A DNA stretch of 64,000 nucleotides from Chrysemys picta bellii (GCF_011386835.1 NC_088794.1:22568001-22632000), one strand, 5' to 3'; shown: positions 49,801 through 61,737, counted from the stretch's first letter. The notes: generated by a model not told the origin, from the sequence alone. Translations and numbers: made by a program.

Positions 49801-50738
49801 AACAGTTAAAGCTTTGTCACAGCTAAAACACAAATTGTCAACATCACATGCCACAATATACAAAGTAAATATCCTCACATCAAACTGTGATCCATTCTCA
49901 AGCAGCATTTTTCTTACTTTGACTATCTGTACATTTAGATGATTATCGATGACAACATTTTTGCATTGGCTTGTGCGTGTATGATGAAACCAACATTTAC
50001 CGATAAAAATGCAATCCTTGTGCATAGCTCAAACATATGATACAGCGGACCCTCGCTAGAACGCGCGTCTATATAGCGCAAAATCGCTTATAGCCCGGGA
50101 CCACGCATGGATCCCAAATGTAATTACTTTCATTGGAATCCATGGTAATGCAGTCCCCACTATTACGCGGGACTGCGCATGGATCCAAAACCCCACGTTC
50201 TAGTTAGGGTCCAGTGTACTAAAATAAAATCCACTGTTGTGTTTCAGATCTCCAAGGCTAGTTACACTAGGGAGAGTCAAACACCACCACAGATGTGACT
50301 GCCCTATTATCCACACCAGGGTGACCCTGTTAACTGCAATCATTACTATTTGTATTATGGTGGCACCCAGGAGCTCCAGTCATGGATCAGAGCCCCCTTG
50401 TGCTAGGCACTGTACAAACACAAAACAGAAAGTTTTTCTCTGCCCCAAAGAGCTTGCAATCAGAGTAGAAGACAATAGACAAGAAATGCATGCAACAGAC
50501 AGAGGGAACTAGGTAACAGTAAGATCATACTGACCAGCCTGATAAGCAGTGGTCACAATCCTGATTTACCCTGCCACCAATGGAGACCCAGGCTTCAAAT
50601 ATGGGTGGGGGGCAGAGGCACGTTTTCAGAAAAGCAGACAGCTCCTTGAAACCAGCATGGATTCCTCATCCCTTACTCCATACTTAACCAATTTCCTGTT
50701 TTCTTTCCAGGATTAAAGAGAGGAAAGGAAAACACTAG
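43858..50738 (+). CDS. Gene B2: two-IgV receptor, activating type, paralog of B1, 334 aa
   Basis: Exons: 43858-43900, 44613-44963, 46525-46845, 48126-48219, 48333-48500 (TM ..GLLGTKFLTALL.., phase-2 donor), 50711-50738 (tail RIKERKGKH*). 1005 nt. Confidence 0.85.
45051..45404 (+). mobile_element. 5'-truncated CR1 LINE 3' end (intron 2 of B2)
   Basis: Paralogous to 11993-12346 with the same TSD. Confidence 0.85.
50043..50216. mobile_element. Tc1/mariner (Tigger-like) MITE (last intron of B2)
   Basis: Paralogous to 16990-17163. Confidence 0.75.
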
Positions 50739-51768
50739 TAAGACAAGGATGTGATGGAAGGAGAAGTAGGCAAAGAAAAAGAATTCCAAGAGTCTTTCCA
50801 GCCAAGCTCCCAACTCCTCCAACACTTATACATATACACGCAGAGATGCTCACACAGATATTGACACCTGCAGAGAGAGACATGCTTCGGATGAGAAAGT
50901 TCTGCTCAGTTTTCCCAGTGCCTCCAGCCATGACAGATAAACCTTTGCTTGCTAACCCCTGTTTTACCTGCAAAGCTAATAGACGATGCCTAGGTGCAAA
51001 AGGAACTGAAGACACAGCATTTGGCAATGTGCACACCTAATTCCGGAGAGAGACTTGGAGTGTTGCACCTGAGCCATCTAGCCATCAGGACCAATCTCCA
51101 GGGGCCGCAATGGGGTATATGCATTACTCACACATAGGATGCTAAAATAAAAGGCATTGTTGGGTGTCAGATTGACAAGCGTATTGTCCTGATTCATCCG
51201 AACTCCGGGTGTGCCCACACTGCAATCAACAGTGTGACAGCAGGACACATAGGCATACCCAAGTTCGCGTTGATCTAGCTAGCGCCGGTAAGAACACCAG
51301 TGAACCTGCAGCAGCATGAGCTGTACAATCCCCCCAGGACTCTGGGTATGTTGAGCTGCTAGCCCAAGCTGCTGAGGATTCGCTGCTATCATGCACTGGG
51401 CTTGAGGGACATAGAGCTATTAAAGTCAGCAGATACCAGTGACAGAGTGCTACGGGCTACATTTCTCTCCCTGATTCAGCAAATTCCTTTCCCAGGAAAG
51501 GTGATAATTGTACCATGCTCTGGATCCCACTAGCAGCTGGGATACTGGCTGTTTTGCCCGATGAGTCTGCAGACATATGGAAGCTGTTACCTGTACTGCC
51601 TTTCGCAAATAGGCTGTGAGCTGAGACCCGCCAAACTCATGCCACCTCAGAGAGCAGTGCCCGCAGTGCCAGGAAAAAGAGACGGTGCTGTCTGTTTGTA
51701 GCCAATGAGACAAGGTAGGGGAGTGATACCACAATTTGATGCACACACAAAGCATCAAGTGAGCTGAA

Positions 51769-52054
51769 GGCTTGGTCTACACTCACCCCCCAAATCGAAC
51801 TAAGGTACGCAACTTCAGCTACGTGAATAATGTAGCTGAAGTTCGAAGTACCTTAGTTCGATCTTACCTCGGTCCACACGCGGCAGGCAGGCTCCCCCGT
51901 CGACTCCGCGGTACTCCTCTCGTCTAGCTGGAGTACCGCAGTCGACGGCGAGCACTTCCGGGTTCGACTTATCGCATCCAGACAAGACGCGATAAGTCGA
52001 ACCCAGAACTTCGATTGCCAGCCGCCGAACTAGCGGCTGGATGTAGACATACCC
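51769..52054. mobile_element. Young CpG-rich PIF/Harbinger-type MITE, 286 bp, unique to the B2-I spacer
   Basis: Ends ggcttggtctacac/tgtagacataccc, 3-bp TSD gaa. Empty sites (gctgaagactc) near 19795 and 30866. Confidence 0.82.
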
Positions 52055-52457
52055 GAAGACTCACTGTTTGCTGGGTACCTGACACAATGTTTCCTGGTGG
52101 TGTCGCTAGGTTCGGACACAATGCGTGCACATCCCAGATAACCAGCCACATCCTGTCCATTCGGGAGCCTTTGCAGTTTGTGTCCATGGGCCTCGGGTTT
52201 ATACGGAAGCAGCACGCGCAGCAAGTGGCCGGCTCAGCCAGGAGACATCCACTTCCTACCCACTAGGTGATGAGACAGGAACAGCAAGGGCTCCCTTTTA
52301 AAGGGGCAGGACGTAAGCCAAACCTGCAGGGCTCATTTCACAGCACTGGAAGGGAGACCCCCCACTGCAGCCCCTGTAGGCTGGGAAGAACTGATAGAGA
52401 CTTGGGGTGGGGAGGAAGATCTGAGGACAGCAGAGGCCAAAGTTACCTTATTCCATA

Positions 52458-53637
52458 TGTGACGGGTTGGATCACAGAAACCCCCTTGGGAGCTGCCACC
52501 TAATGTACCAAGACTACTTCTATTCCTGTTTTCCCTGCCAGCTCAGGACTCCAGCACCCTGTCTTGCTGAGCCAGACACTCCCGTCTGCTCCAACACAGA
52601 CCCAGGGTCTGAATCACTTGCCCCAAAGCTGCAAGTTTACCTGAAAACAGCTCACAGAAGTGTGCTTGTCTTTAGCACTCAGATGCCCAACTCCCAATGG
52701 GGTCTAAACCCAAATAAATCCATTTTACCCTGCATAAAGCTTATGCAGGGCAAACTCATAAACTGTTCGCCCTCTATAACACTGATAAAGAGATGTGCAC
52801 AGTTCTTTGCTCCCCCAGGTATTAATACATACTCTGAGTAAATTACTAAATAAAAAGTGATTTTATTAAATACAGAAAAAAGGATTTAAGTGGTTCCAAG
52901 TAGTAACAGACAGAACAAAGTAAGTCACAAAGCAAAATAAAATAAAATGCGCAAATCGATGCCTAATCAAACTGAATACAGATAATCTCACCCTCAGAGA
53001 TGCTTCAGTAAGTTTTTTCTCAGACTGGACATCTTCCAGGCCTGGGCACAATTCTTTCCCCTGGTACAGCTCTTGTTGCAGCTCAGGTGATAGCTAGGGG
53101 ATTCTTCATGATTGCTCCTCTCTCCCTTTTCTCTCTTCCACCCCTTTATATATCTTTTGCATAAGGTGGGAACCCTTTGTCCCTCTGGGTTTCCACCCCC
53201 CCTCACTGGAAAAGCACCAGGTTAAAGATGACGTATGAAACAGGTTTAAGATGGATTCCAGTTCAGGTGACATGATCACATGTCACTGCAAGACTTCATT
53301 GCTCACTTGCCAGCACACACATATACAGGAAGACTAACAGGTAAACACAGCCATCTGCAGACAATCGTCCTTGTTAATGGGAGTCATCAAGATTCCAAAC
53401 CATCATTAATGGCCCACACTTTACATAATTATAATAGGCCCTCAGGGTTATGTTTTATATTTCTAGTTTTAGATACAAGAATGGTACCTTTCTACAAATA
53501 GGATGCTCACACTCAGTAGATTATGAGCTTTGTAATGATACCTTACAAGAGACCTTTTGCACGAAGCATATCCCAGTTGCATTATATTCACTTATTATCA
53601 TGTTTTTATAAAACCATATAGACTGCACAATGTCACA
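52458..53637. mobile_element. Copy of the ccata solo LTR, 1180 bp
   Basis: ccata|TGTGAC...GTCACA|ccata, the same insertion site as 20203. Confidence 0.88.
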
Positions 53638-54420
53638 CCATACATTTGGGAACGTTGGCAACTCTGTCTCACACACACATTGGGGGTGGGCAGAGGAAGG
53701 ACAGACCCCAAAAACCATATAATCTTTCTATGTAAAATTCATGATTTGGGGACAAATCATGATTTTGTGGGGGCTAACTCATGATTTTTTAGCCTGGCAG
53801 TAATGCACACAAAAGCTAGGTACTGTTTTTATTCTCAAAACCACAGCTCATTTCACCTGGGTTTGAGGTTCTCTGCCTTGCAATCATGGAAGAGGAATCC
53901 AGGGCCAGGCTGGGGGCGGTAAGGAGAGAGCGGGGCTCTTTGCTCACAGTCTTCAGACTCAGGGAGGATGAATCCTGTAGGTTTCCTACCCGCAGCAGCT
54001 TGGATCTTTGAGGACCAGAGTTTCAGCACTATTAGCTGACAATAGCACAAGAACCAGCTGCACAAGACAGAACAATGGGCTCGGAGCCTGGTCACTGCTC
54101 AGTGTTAAAAGATCTGTTGTTTCCTGATTTCACAAGAAACCAGGCTGCAAAAATAGGGTAACCCAGCTGTGGGTTTTTTTCCATTCTCTTATTGCGGTGT
54201 CATCCGCATGCCAGTTTGACTCATCACCGGCCCCAAAGCAAAGCTGAATCTGGCCATCCTGGGAGAGGATCTCGTTACACAATGCAAAACACTGACACCA
54301 GCAAGAACTCACCCCCAGAATGCTGCACCCGAACGGCCAAACCCAGTACCAGCAGCAATGCTCTCCTTTTCCCCGCACTGGTTGTAAACCCAAGGCAGAG
54401 CCAAACAAAACTGACTTATA

Positions 54421-54694
54421 GGGCTTGTCTACACACACAATTGGTTTGTGGAAAGTTGAGGTGTGAGCGTACGCTGTACTAGCCTGCCGCGGACTAACTG
54501 CCCACGTGACCCTGCTGACGCTGACTAACAGTTCGTCAATCCACTGTGATCTACTCCTCTTTGAAACAGGATTAGATCAAAACACACCAACGAACCATTA
54601 ATGCGCATCGGTGGGTGCACAGGCACTAACCATGCGGGCTAGTGTGGGTCTCACACCAGCTTGCTGCCAACTAAATATTTGTGTAGACAAGCCC
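54421..54694. mobile_element. PIF/Harbinger-type MITE upstream of I
   Basis: Paralogous copy of 716-989. Confidence 0.78.
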
Positions 54695-55763
54695 ATACTC
54701 CCACCCCGCACACACACACACACACACACACACACCATGAAGACTATAGCTGGTTTTCCCATCCCGTGAAAAATGTCAAGATTTCAAAATGTTTCCCCTA
54801 CCACACTGGGATGAAACCGAGCCCTTTTGAAGTTTTTTTGTGAAACACCCAATAGGAAGAAGATCAGAATAACCAATAGCCCAGGAGTTATGGCAGTCAC
54901 CTCAGTTCTGAGTGCCCAGTGCGCTGTTCCAATGAACAGGTCATTATTTATACAAAGTTGGAACAGCTTCAACAGGAGAGATTGAGAGAGACGCATCCCA
55001 GAACAGCCAATAGGACTGGATGGATCAGCTGAGCCAAGCCATGCATTCCAATCTCCCACATGGAGGCGAACCAACATGATCCCGCTTCCCTTTCCTCAGC
55101 ACTGTAATCCTCCTCCTTTTTGTATGGCTTTAACAAAAATATCCTCTCCGGGTCAACATCCCAAACACAGAGCTAGAGGATGACACAAGGGACCCTGATG
55201 GGAAGCATTTGGGGGGTGCTCTACTAAGGAGATGGCATGGCCTAATGGATTGGGCACTAGCCTCAGACTCAGGAGACCCGTGTTCTGCTCCTATCTCTGA
55301 CGAGCTGTGTAACACCAGGCAAAGGAATTGCCCATCTCTGTTTTCCTAGCAGTACAATGTAGCTATGGCTAAGTCCCCCCTTTATAAAGTGCTTTGAGAT
55401 CTAGGGGTACAAAACTAAAAGCTGTTCATGTACTATACACCAATGCTTCAAATGTCATTAAAAATAGAACATCTGCTAATCTCTCTTTTTTCCCCTCACT
55501 CCCCATTTCCGAAAGCAGATATCTAAACATGTGCTAAAACGAGAAGCAGCTGATAGCCAAAATGCAGGCTTCCTGTGTGAAGGCTCAGATTAGGACTGTG
55601 GTAGAAACATCTTTCCAACAATTGCAAACGATACTGTCACTCTGGAGCATGACGACACAAACAGTGACAAAGGGAGTTCACTGCCGACCCATCTTGACAG
55701 CAACAAAGAAGCCTCAATGCTGCATTCCACCTCTCCAAGATCTAAACCACTTCCCATTACAGG

Positions 55764-58700
55764 ATGGGTCGCTTCTCAGCCCGGCTGCTATTGCTGGCAC
55801 TAACAGGTAAGGAACCGAGAGATCGGCCCTCCCCTCCCGTAGACACAGAACATTCCGTTTGCTCTTGCACTCGTAGCACACTGCGCTTGTTTGCTTTTGC
55901 ACTTATCATTTTGGCAGGCTGCGAGCAGGCACGGAAATTGGGCACCCAGCTATTTGCAATGACGAGAAATGCTTGGCTTGCTGGGGCTCCATATTTTCCC
56001 CCAGTCATTGCATATGTTATAGTGGAATGAAAAGCCATAGAGTGGATGTCAGAGAGGGTTTAACCAACCCCAATTTTTAGAAACAGACTTTTCTCATGCT
56101 AGAAGGGATTCCTGTCTCCAAACCAACCTAGGAACTGGGTGCCATGAGTCTGGAGAAAGTAACAGAGAATGTTCTGTAGGGAACAACCCTGCAAGATGAC
56201 TCAAGGATTAGATGATCAGACCAGTGCCAGTTTACCAGACAGAGCCAGCCTAGCTCCTGATCAGTTGTTCACATGCTAACCTGCAATGAAGATCGGGGGA
56301 CATAAGCTTCACAGTGGGGAAGAACATGGGAAGTTGAATAGGACGGAGGCAGTGGCAATGGATCGAGTCTCACCGCAGAAGCTCCTTTACACAGAGATGG
56401 GAGCTTGGAAAACCAGTCACAGCAGCCTGAAGTTGCAGCATTGATGGGCAGGTCATTCTCACCAATGTTTTCTTTCCTTGGCAGGGCCGTGCCTGGCAAG
56501 AGAGGAGCTGGAATTGGTGACAGCTGTACAGGGAAGCTCTTTCAGTACAATGTGTTACTACGATAATGACAAGTATTCACTAGAGAAATTCTGGTGCAAG
56601 ATGCTGTCAGACCAGGAATGCAACAGCAGACTCTTCTTGAGCATCCGAGCAAAGGGAGAGAAATACCTAAATATTGCACCAAAGAGAAGGGTCGATCTAA
56701 CAAACTTGGGAACAGGCTGGATTTCTGTGTCCATGACGGAGCTCCGGATAGAGGATTCAGGAACATACTTCTGTGGGGTTTACGATCATCAGACAATTAT
56801 CCCATTGAAAAAGATTCAATTGACTGTTTCTTATGACGGTGAGCTAAAGACCAGTCATGACCTAGTTGGGACACAAATCAGCTCAAACCAGGATATTCCA
56901 AATTAGACTAATGCTCCATTCCTATCCCAAAGAAAACACAGGGTCTATAGATGTCAACTCCCCAGTATATAATATAGAGAGAGATGGTTAAAATAATAAC
57001 CTTCAATTACATATCTAGACATAGAAACACCATGTGAATCATACACATATATGTATGTATTTAGATGTACACTTATCACATATATATGTAAAAAGAAGAA
57101 CTGGTTAGGAACGTATTTCTCCCCCTCCCACTCCAGCCCACCTCACCCCCATCCCCAAAGAATTTTAACCAAAAAACCCCAAACAAACATTTTTAGTCTT
57201 TTTGTCAAAACAATGAAAACCAAAAGGTCTGGGTTGAAAACTCAAAAAAATTCAGTTTTCGATTGTTCAATTAAAACTCTTTTTTTTTAAATGAAAATTA
57301 ACATTTCCCCCAAATGCCCTATTTAATCAAAAAGCCATTTTGCATCAAAAATTGAACCTTTTAGACAGAAAATCTTTGACCAGCTGGGATAGAAACCCCA
57401 TGGGATGGAGAAACCCCGCTCCCAATTTGAAGTCCTGATTACCAGTTGGGATGAACAATAACAAGACTGGGCTTCTTCATTCACACCCTCCCTGTCCTGG
57501 TTGAGTGTTGTTTGTTGTCACTACTGGTAAAGGTGCTGCAATGACACCTCTGGACCCTTATCCTTACACACAGGGGAGGCCCAGCGTGGCCAGTTGCAGG
57601 GCAAGTTTCCCCGTGCTACCCCAGCCAAACTACCTCAGCCCTGTCCTGGGTGGTCCCCCATTCTAGGGAGGAGAGAGGAATCCCCACTTCAGGTCTCACT
57701 CAGTCCTTAGCTCCTCAGATGCTAAGACTGCCAGGAGCAGAGGGGCCAGTGGTGAAGGTGCATTTTCAGAGTGGTGGCAGCATTAGCAGATGCTCAGGCT
57801 GGTTCAGGACTGCCCCTGTAGTGATTGATATGCAGTTTTCCAGTGGTAATTATGCACAGCCAATCCTAGGAAATATTTTCCTTGGGCTGGAAGAGATTAT
57901 TTCCATTTCTTTTGCAAGCTCCTTTTGGGATGGGGTTTGGTCTGATCCTTTGTCTTCCCATTTAGCTGCAGGGGGGCATTTATACACCCGCGGGACTTTT
58001 ATACACCTCTCTTTCCTTCCCTTTCTCACAATAACCAGTCACCGGTCTCTCTCTCCAGCTCCCATGACGCTATCTGCCAAAAAAGGAGACTCCATCTCGC
58101 TAAATTGTTCCTATTTTTTGATGGACGACAGCAGGATACCTAATAATTTTACCTGGTGCAAAATGCTAACCGCAACTAGATGTCAACCTGTCGTCAGCGT
58201 CAAGATTGATCAGATTCTTAATATGCAAAAAAGGACCAGGATAAAGCTTGACCGGTGGAACAGAGTGATTATAGTGACGCTGGAGGCGCTCCAGTTACGT
58301 GACTCCGGGGAGTATCATTGTGAGACCCATTTCCAGGGAAGTACCATGCTACTGAAGAGGATCTCACTGAATGTTTTGGGTGAGTTACTCAAAGAAAAGT
58401 GGCCTTCCCTTAAAAGTCAGCAAATTCTCATCCCCTGGTGGATGTGATAGCAGGGCAGAGCTCAGATGGGCTCCTCAGAGCAGGGAAATTGCAGGAGACC
58501 CAGAGACAACTTCTGAATTTACCTTTTGAGACCTTTGATATTTACTAGTCTTATAAACAAACTCGGCCAGATCCTCTGCCCACGTAAATCAGAGGGGAAT
58601 CATTAGTTGTTATGGACCTACACCAATTTACACCATCAAAAGAAATGGCCCCAGAACGTTGCCCAAATCTCTGACTGAACTCATCCCTTTGTTATAGTTC

Positions 58701-61700
58701 ACAAATATTAAACTTTTCTTTGATCACTTGATAATTACCTGTTCTGTTCATTGCCTCTGGGGCACCTGGCATTGGCCACTGTCAGAAGACAGGATACTGG
58801 GCTAGATGGACCTTTGGTCTGATCCAGTATTTCCGCTCTTATGTTTGATACCCATTTTCATGCCTCTCCACCCTTCCTACTCTGAGCCATTATAGGACAC
58901 AGAAATACAGGAAATAAATTGGGAGAAGCTATTCCTGTGGTCTTCCTGACTAGACTGAAAATGGAGCCTCACAAGGGATAGCCTGTCCCCAAGACAATTC
59001 ATCCCAATAACCCCGAAGAGGGTCAGATCATAAACTGAGCACTTGGATCCTTATCCAAGGGGACCTTTTCCCATATGTGGCTTATCGGTCCCTGCTCACA
59101 TGTATTCTCCGGCAGTAGCCATGCTTTCCCTTTTATCTGTCATAGACCCCAGACCTATCAGGTCCATCTCACCGGAGACAATCAGCAATTGGCAAGGTTG
59201 GGTGCCTGGAAACCCAATGGTTGTCTAGACTATCCCTCTGGCCATTGCAGGGTTGTTCCTTCTAGTAGATTTTCCAAGGCGTGCGCCATACTAGCTGTAA
59301 ATGTCTCCAGTGAAAAAATGTAGCCCAATGGATGATGTGGGGGCCTGGGAATCAGAAGATGTGAGTTCTAGTTCCATAGCTGCTACTCACTTTCTGGTGG
59401 TATCGACACTAAACTTTTTTTGCTCAGATACTACGGTGAGAGGCACCACATAACAACCTGGATAGAACGCACAGGACTTCCGTGAGGGATTATTGGACTA
59501 CACTCCAATAAGCCTCAGGGCTAGGACTCCTCTGGGTGGTAAAGGGCTCCTGCATCACACCCTATTGTCACATTCTCACTGTTAACCAACAAGCGATCAC
59601 TCACGATTAGTACGAGAAGGCTCTAATGCCTCGTCATAATTTCCCATCACTTCCAGAATGTCAAGCAGGCCAGGGCCATGCAGGGGATGGTCACTCACTC
59701 TTGTGTTTATTTTCAGGAAAAAGTGTGTATTATGATACAATTAATGAGGCTACTTCGCCTCCCACTAACGAGGGGGAAACCGCCCACCCAACTGTGGCCA
59801 GCAACAAGGAGCAGAGGTATGAACATCAAACAAACAAAAGTCTTCAGGGCTGACTTTAGGGTCCCCCGAGGGGATTTTCTGGCTCTGCTGCAGATTAAAA
59901 GGGTGGGGTTGTAAAAGACACACACACACCCCATCCTCCGAGTCTCTTACAGGGTTGATCTAACCCCCTCAAGGCAGTGGAAAGACACCCACTGGCTGGA
60001 CTAGGAGCTGGAGCAGGCCCTTAGTGATCTGTCTGTTCTTTCCACTCCATAGGAATACTTAGGGGATGAGCCCAGAGCCCAGCTGTGCTGTGCCGTCTCT
60101 GTCTCTTGCATTAAGAACACAGCCTAAGACCAAACAATATCACATGTCAAATGAGAGCCATTACCAGGCCTGATCAAAGAAGACCCTGATAATTACCCTG
60201 ATGAAAGACAGCCCGTGGAGGGGGTACAGCATCCTAATGAGGGGGTACAGCATCCTTTGAATTCTAGTAGCACTGCCAGCAAGTGCTAGAAAATAATTTA
60301 AGTTCCTGAGTTTATCCCTTGCATGAAGCAACCCTGGGAAAATACAGCAGGGCCAGAACCCCCAGAGGCATCAATCAGCATAGCCCCATTGACGTCAGTG
60401 GAATTGCATCAAGGTACAAGCAGCCAGTGTGATTTTTGAATGCTGAATTTAGATCTTGGAGCCTTAATCCAGTTTCCAACACACAGAGTCCCCTCCCAAA
60501 TTAACCAGGTCACCTTTGATGCCAAGAATATTAATGGAGATATTGTGCATTTCCTTGCAGAATTCTTTATGTTGTCCTGGCACTGGGCTCCTTCCTGGCT
60601 GGCAGTGTACTGATTGCTATCATGGCTACTATTTTCACCAAAGGGAGAAAAAGAGGTACATCTCTATCACTTGTCCAGTTTTCATGCAGTTTGGGTTTGT
60701 TCCCACTGGCCTGGATCAACAGTGTTGAGGGTCATGCTGAATGGAAATGGGTGCCGGGGGGGGGGAGGAGAGAGAGAGAGTTGCTAGATCTTTCACCCCA
60801 TTACCCACTTTTAGTTGTATGTAAAAATACAAAGGGTTAGTTACAGTTTTTACATTAAATTGAGATTCTGTCTTTCACAGTAGGGAACGGGCTGAATTTT
60901 GGTGAACACCCTAACTGCAGACTAGCAGCAGAGCAGGTAGGTTGAAGGTCTGGTATTTCTAGCACTTTGTTCCATCTCCTCCATATAGCTATTTGAAGCA
61001 GATGGAAGCAGGATTGTCTAGTGTTTAGAGCAGGAGGATGGGAATCAGGATTCTTGTATTTCTGTTTGTCTGCCTGTAATACAAATATTACCATGACCAC
61101 AAGCTGCATGAAGTTTAATGTCCCTGAATCTGCAATCTGATCAGCATGGGCTCAAAGGTCTAAACTCAGAGATCCTTGAATGCTAGATGATTGCAAAGCA
61201 TTCATATTACTGAGCAAGCCAATATGGGAAGTGCCTCAGTCCAATTCCTCAGTCCTTACAGTAGGGTTCATATAGGGGGGTGTTCTCTGAGCACCCCAGA
61301 GAAATGTATTTCTTTTCCCATGTCCCCCCCCCCCCCATTCCCCCTGCAGTTTCACCCTCTAGAGAGGAGATTTTTAGCAGTGGTAAAGTGAGACTTAATA
61401 TTCAGAAAATGGAAATGTTTAAAAGGATGATATTCGATTTATTCTCCTATTATTTGTGGCTTTCCAGAAGGATGAAGGACACCCCAGAGATGCCACCCCA
61501 GATGGGGAGTTGAAGAACGGTATAATATATGCCATGCTAAGGCTCCAACCCAAGCCAAAGCCAGACGATGTCACGTATGCCAACGTGGAGCCTCCACCAA
61601 AACCAAAAGGTGCCAAACGTTCTGCTGAGCCCTCAGCTGTCCTGTTCTCCTCAGGCACCGTGGAGTATGCAACCATCATCTTTGGAGACTCACCTCCACG

Positions 61701-61737
61701 GTCTGGGACTAAAGAGAAACAAACCAGCCCTAACTGA
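55764..61737 (+). CDS. Gene I: two-IgV TREM/CD300-like inhibitory receptor (uncharged TM, three ITIM-like motifs), 429 aa
   Basis: Exons: 55764-55806, 56485-56838, 58059-58379, 59146-59196, 59717-59816, 60561-60655 (TM), 60881-60936, 61468-61737. Phases 1,1,1,1,2,1,0 chain without a break to give 1290 nt ending in TGA at 61735-61737. Confidence 0.87.
58721..58845 (+). mobile_element. Short CR1 3' fragment (intron 3 of I)
   Basis: Paralogous to 26522-26646. Confidence 0.7.
60561..60655 (+). CDS. Uncharged transmembrane exon of gene I
   Basis: Acceptor ttccttgcag, phase 2: RILYVVLALGSFLAGSVLIAIMATIFTKGRKRG, donor gtacat. Hydrophobic core with no charged residue, followed by a basic stop-transfer segment. 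Confidence 0.85.
60881..60936 (+). CDS. First cytoplasmic exon of gene I
   Basis: tctttcacag|..56 nt..|gtaggt; phase 1 in, phase 0 out, VGNGLNFGEHPNCRLAAEQ. It bridges the TM exon and the terminal exon in frame. Confidence 0.75.
61468..61737 (+). CDS. Terminal cytoplasmic exon of gene I with ITIM/ITSM-like motifs
   Basis: Acceptor gctttccag. Encodes IIYAML (61522-61539), VTYANV (61570-61587) and VEYATI (61660-61677). Confidence 0.88.
   Translation, partial: KDEGHPRDATPDGELKNGIIYAMLRLQPKPKPDDVTYANVEPPPKPKGAKRSAEPSAVLFSSGTVEYATIIFGDSPPRSGTKEKQTSPN

Larger units (their letters stand above)
33082..60056 (+). repeat. Segmental duplication copy 2 (A3-B2-I ectodomain part)
   Basis: Matches 1-27856 apart from TE indels; homology ends at ccataggaat (60056). 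Confidence 0.93.

Noticed and set aside
1-60056. The 33-kb duplication as a falsely duplicated haplotype in the assembly
   Set aside because: The copies differ by several TE insertions and many SNPs, and A2 and I have different TM/tail modules with a distinct spacer between units. True paralogy is more likely, though long-read confirmation is still needed.
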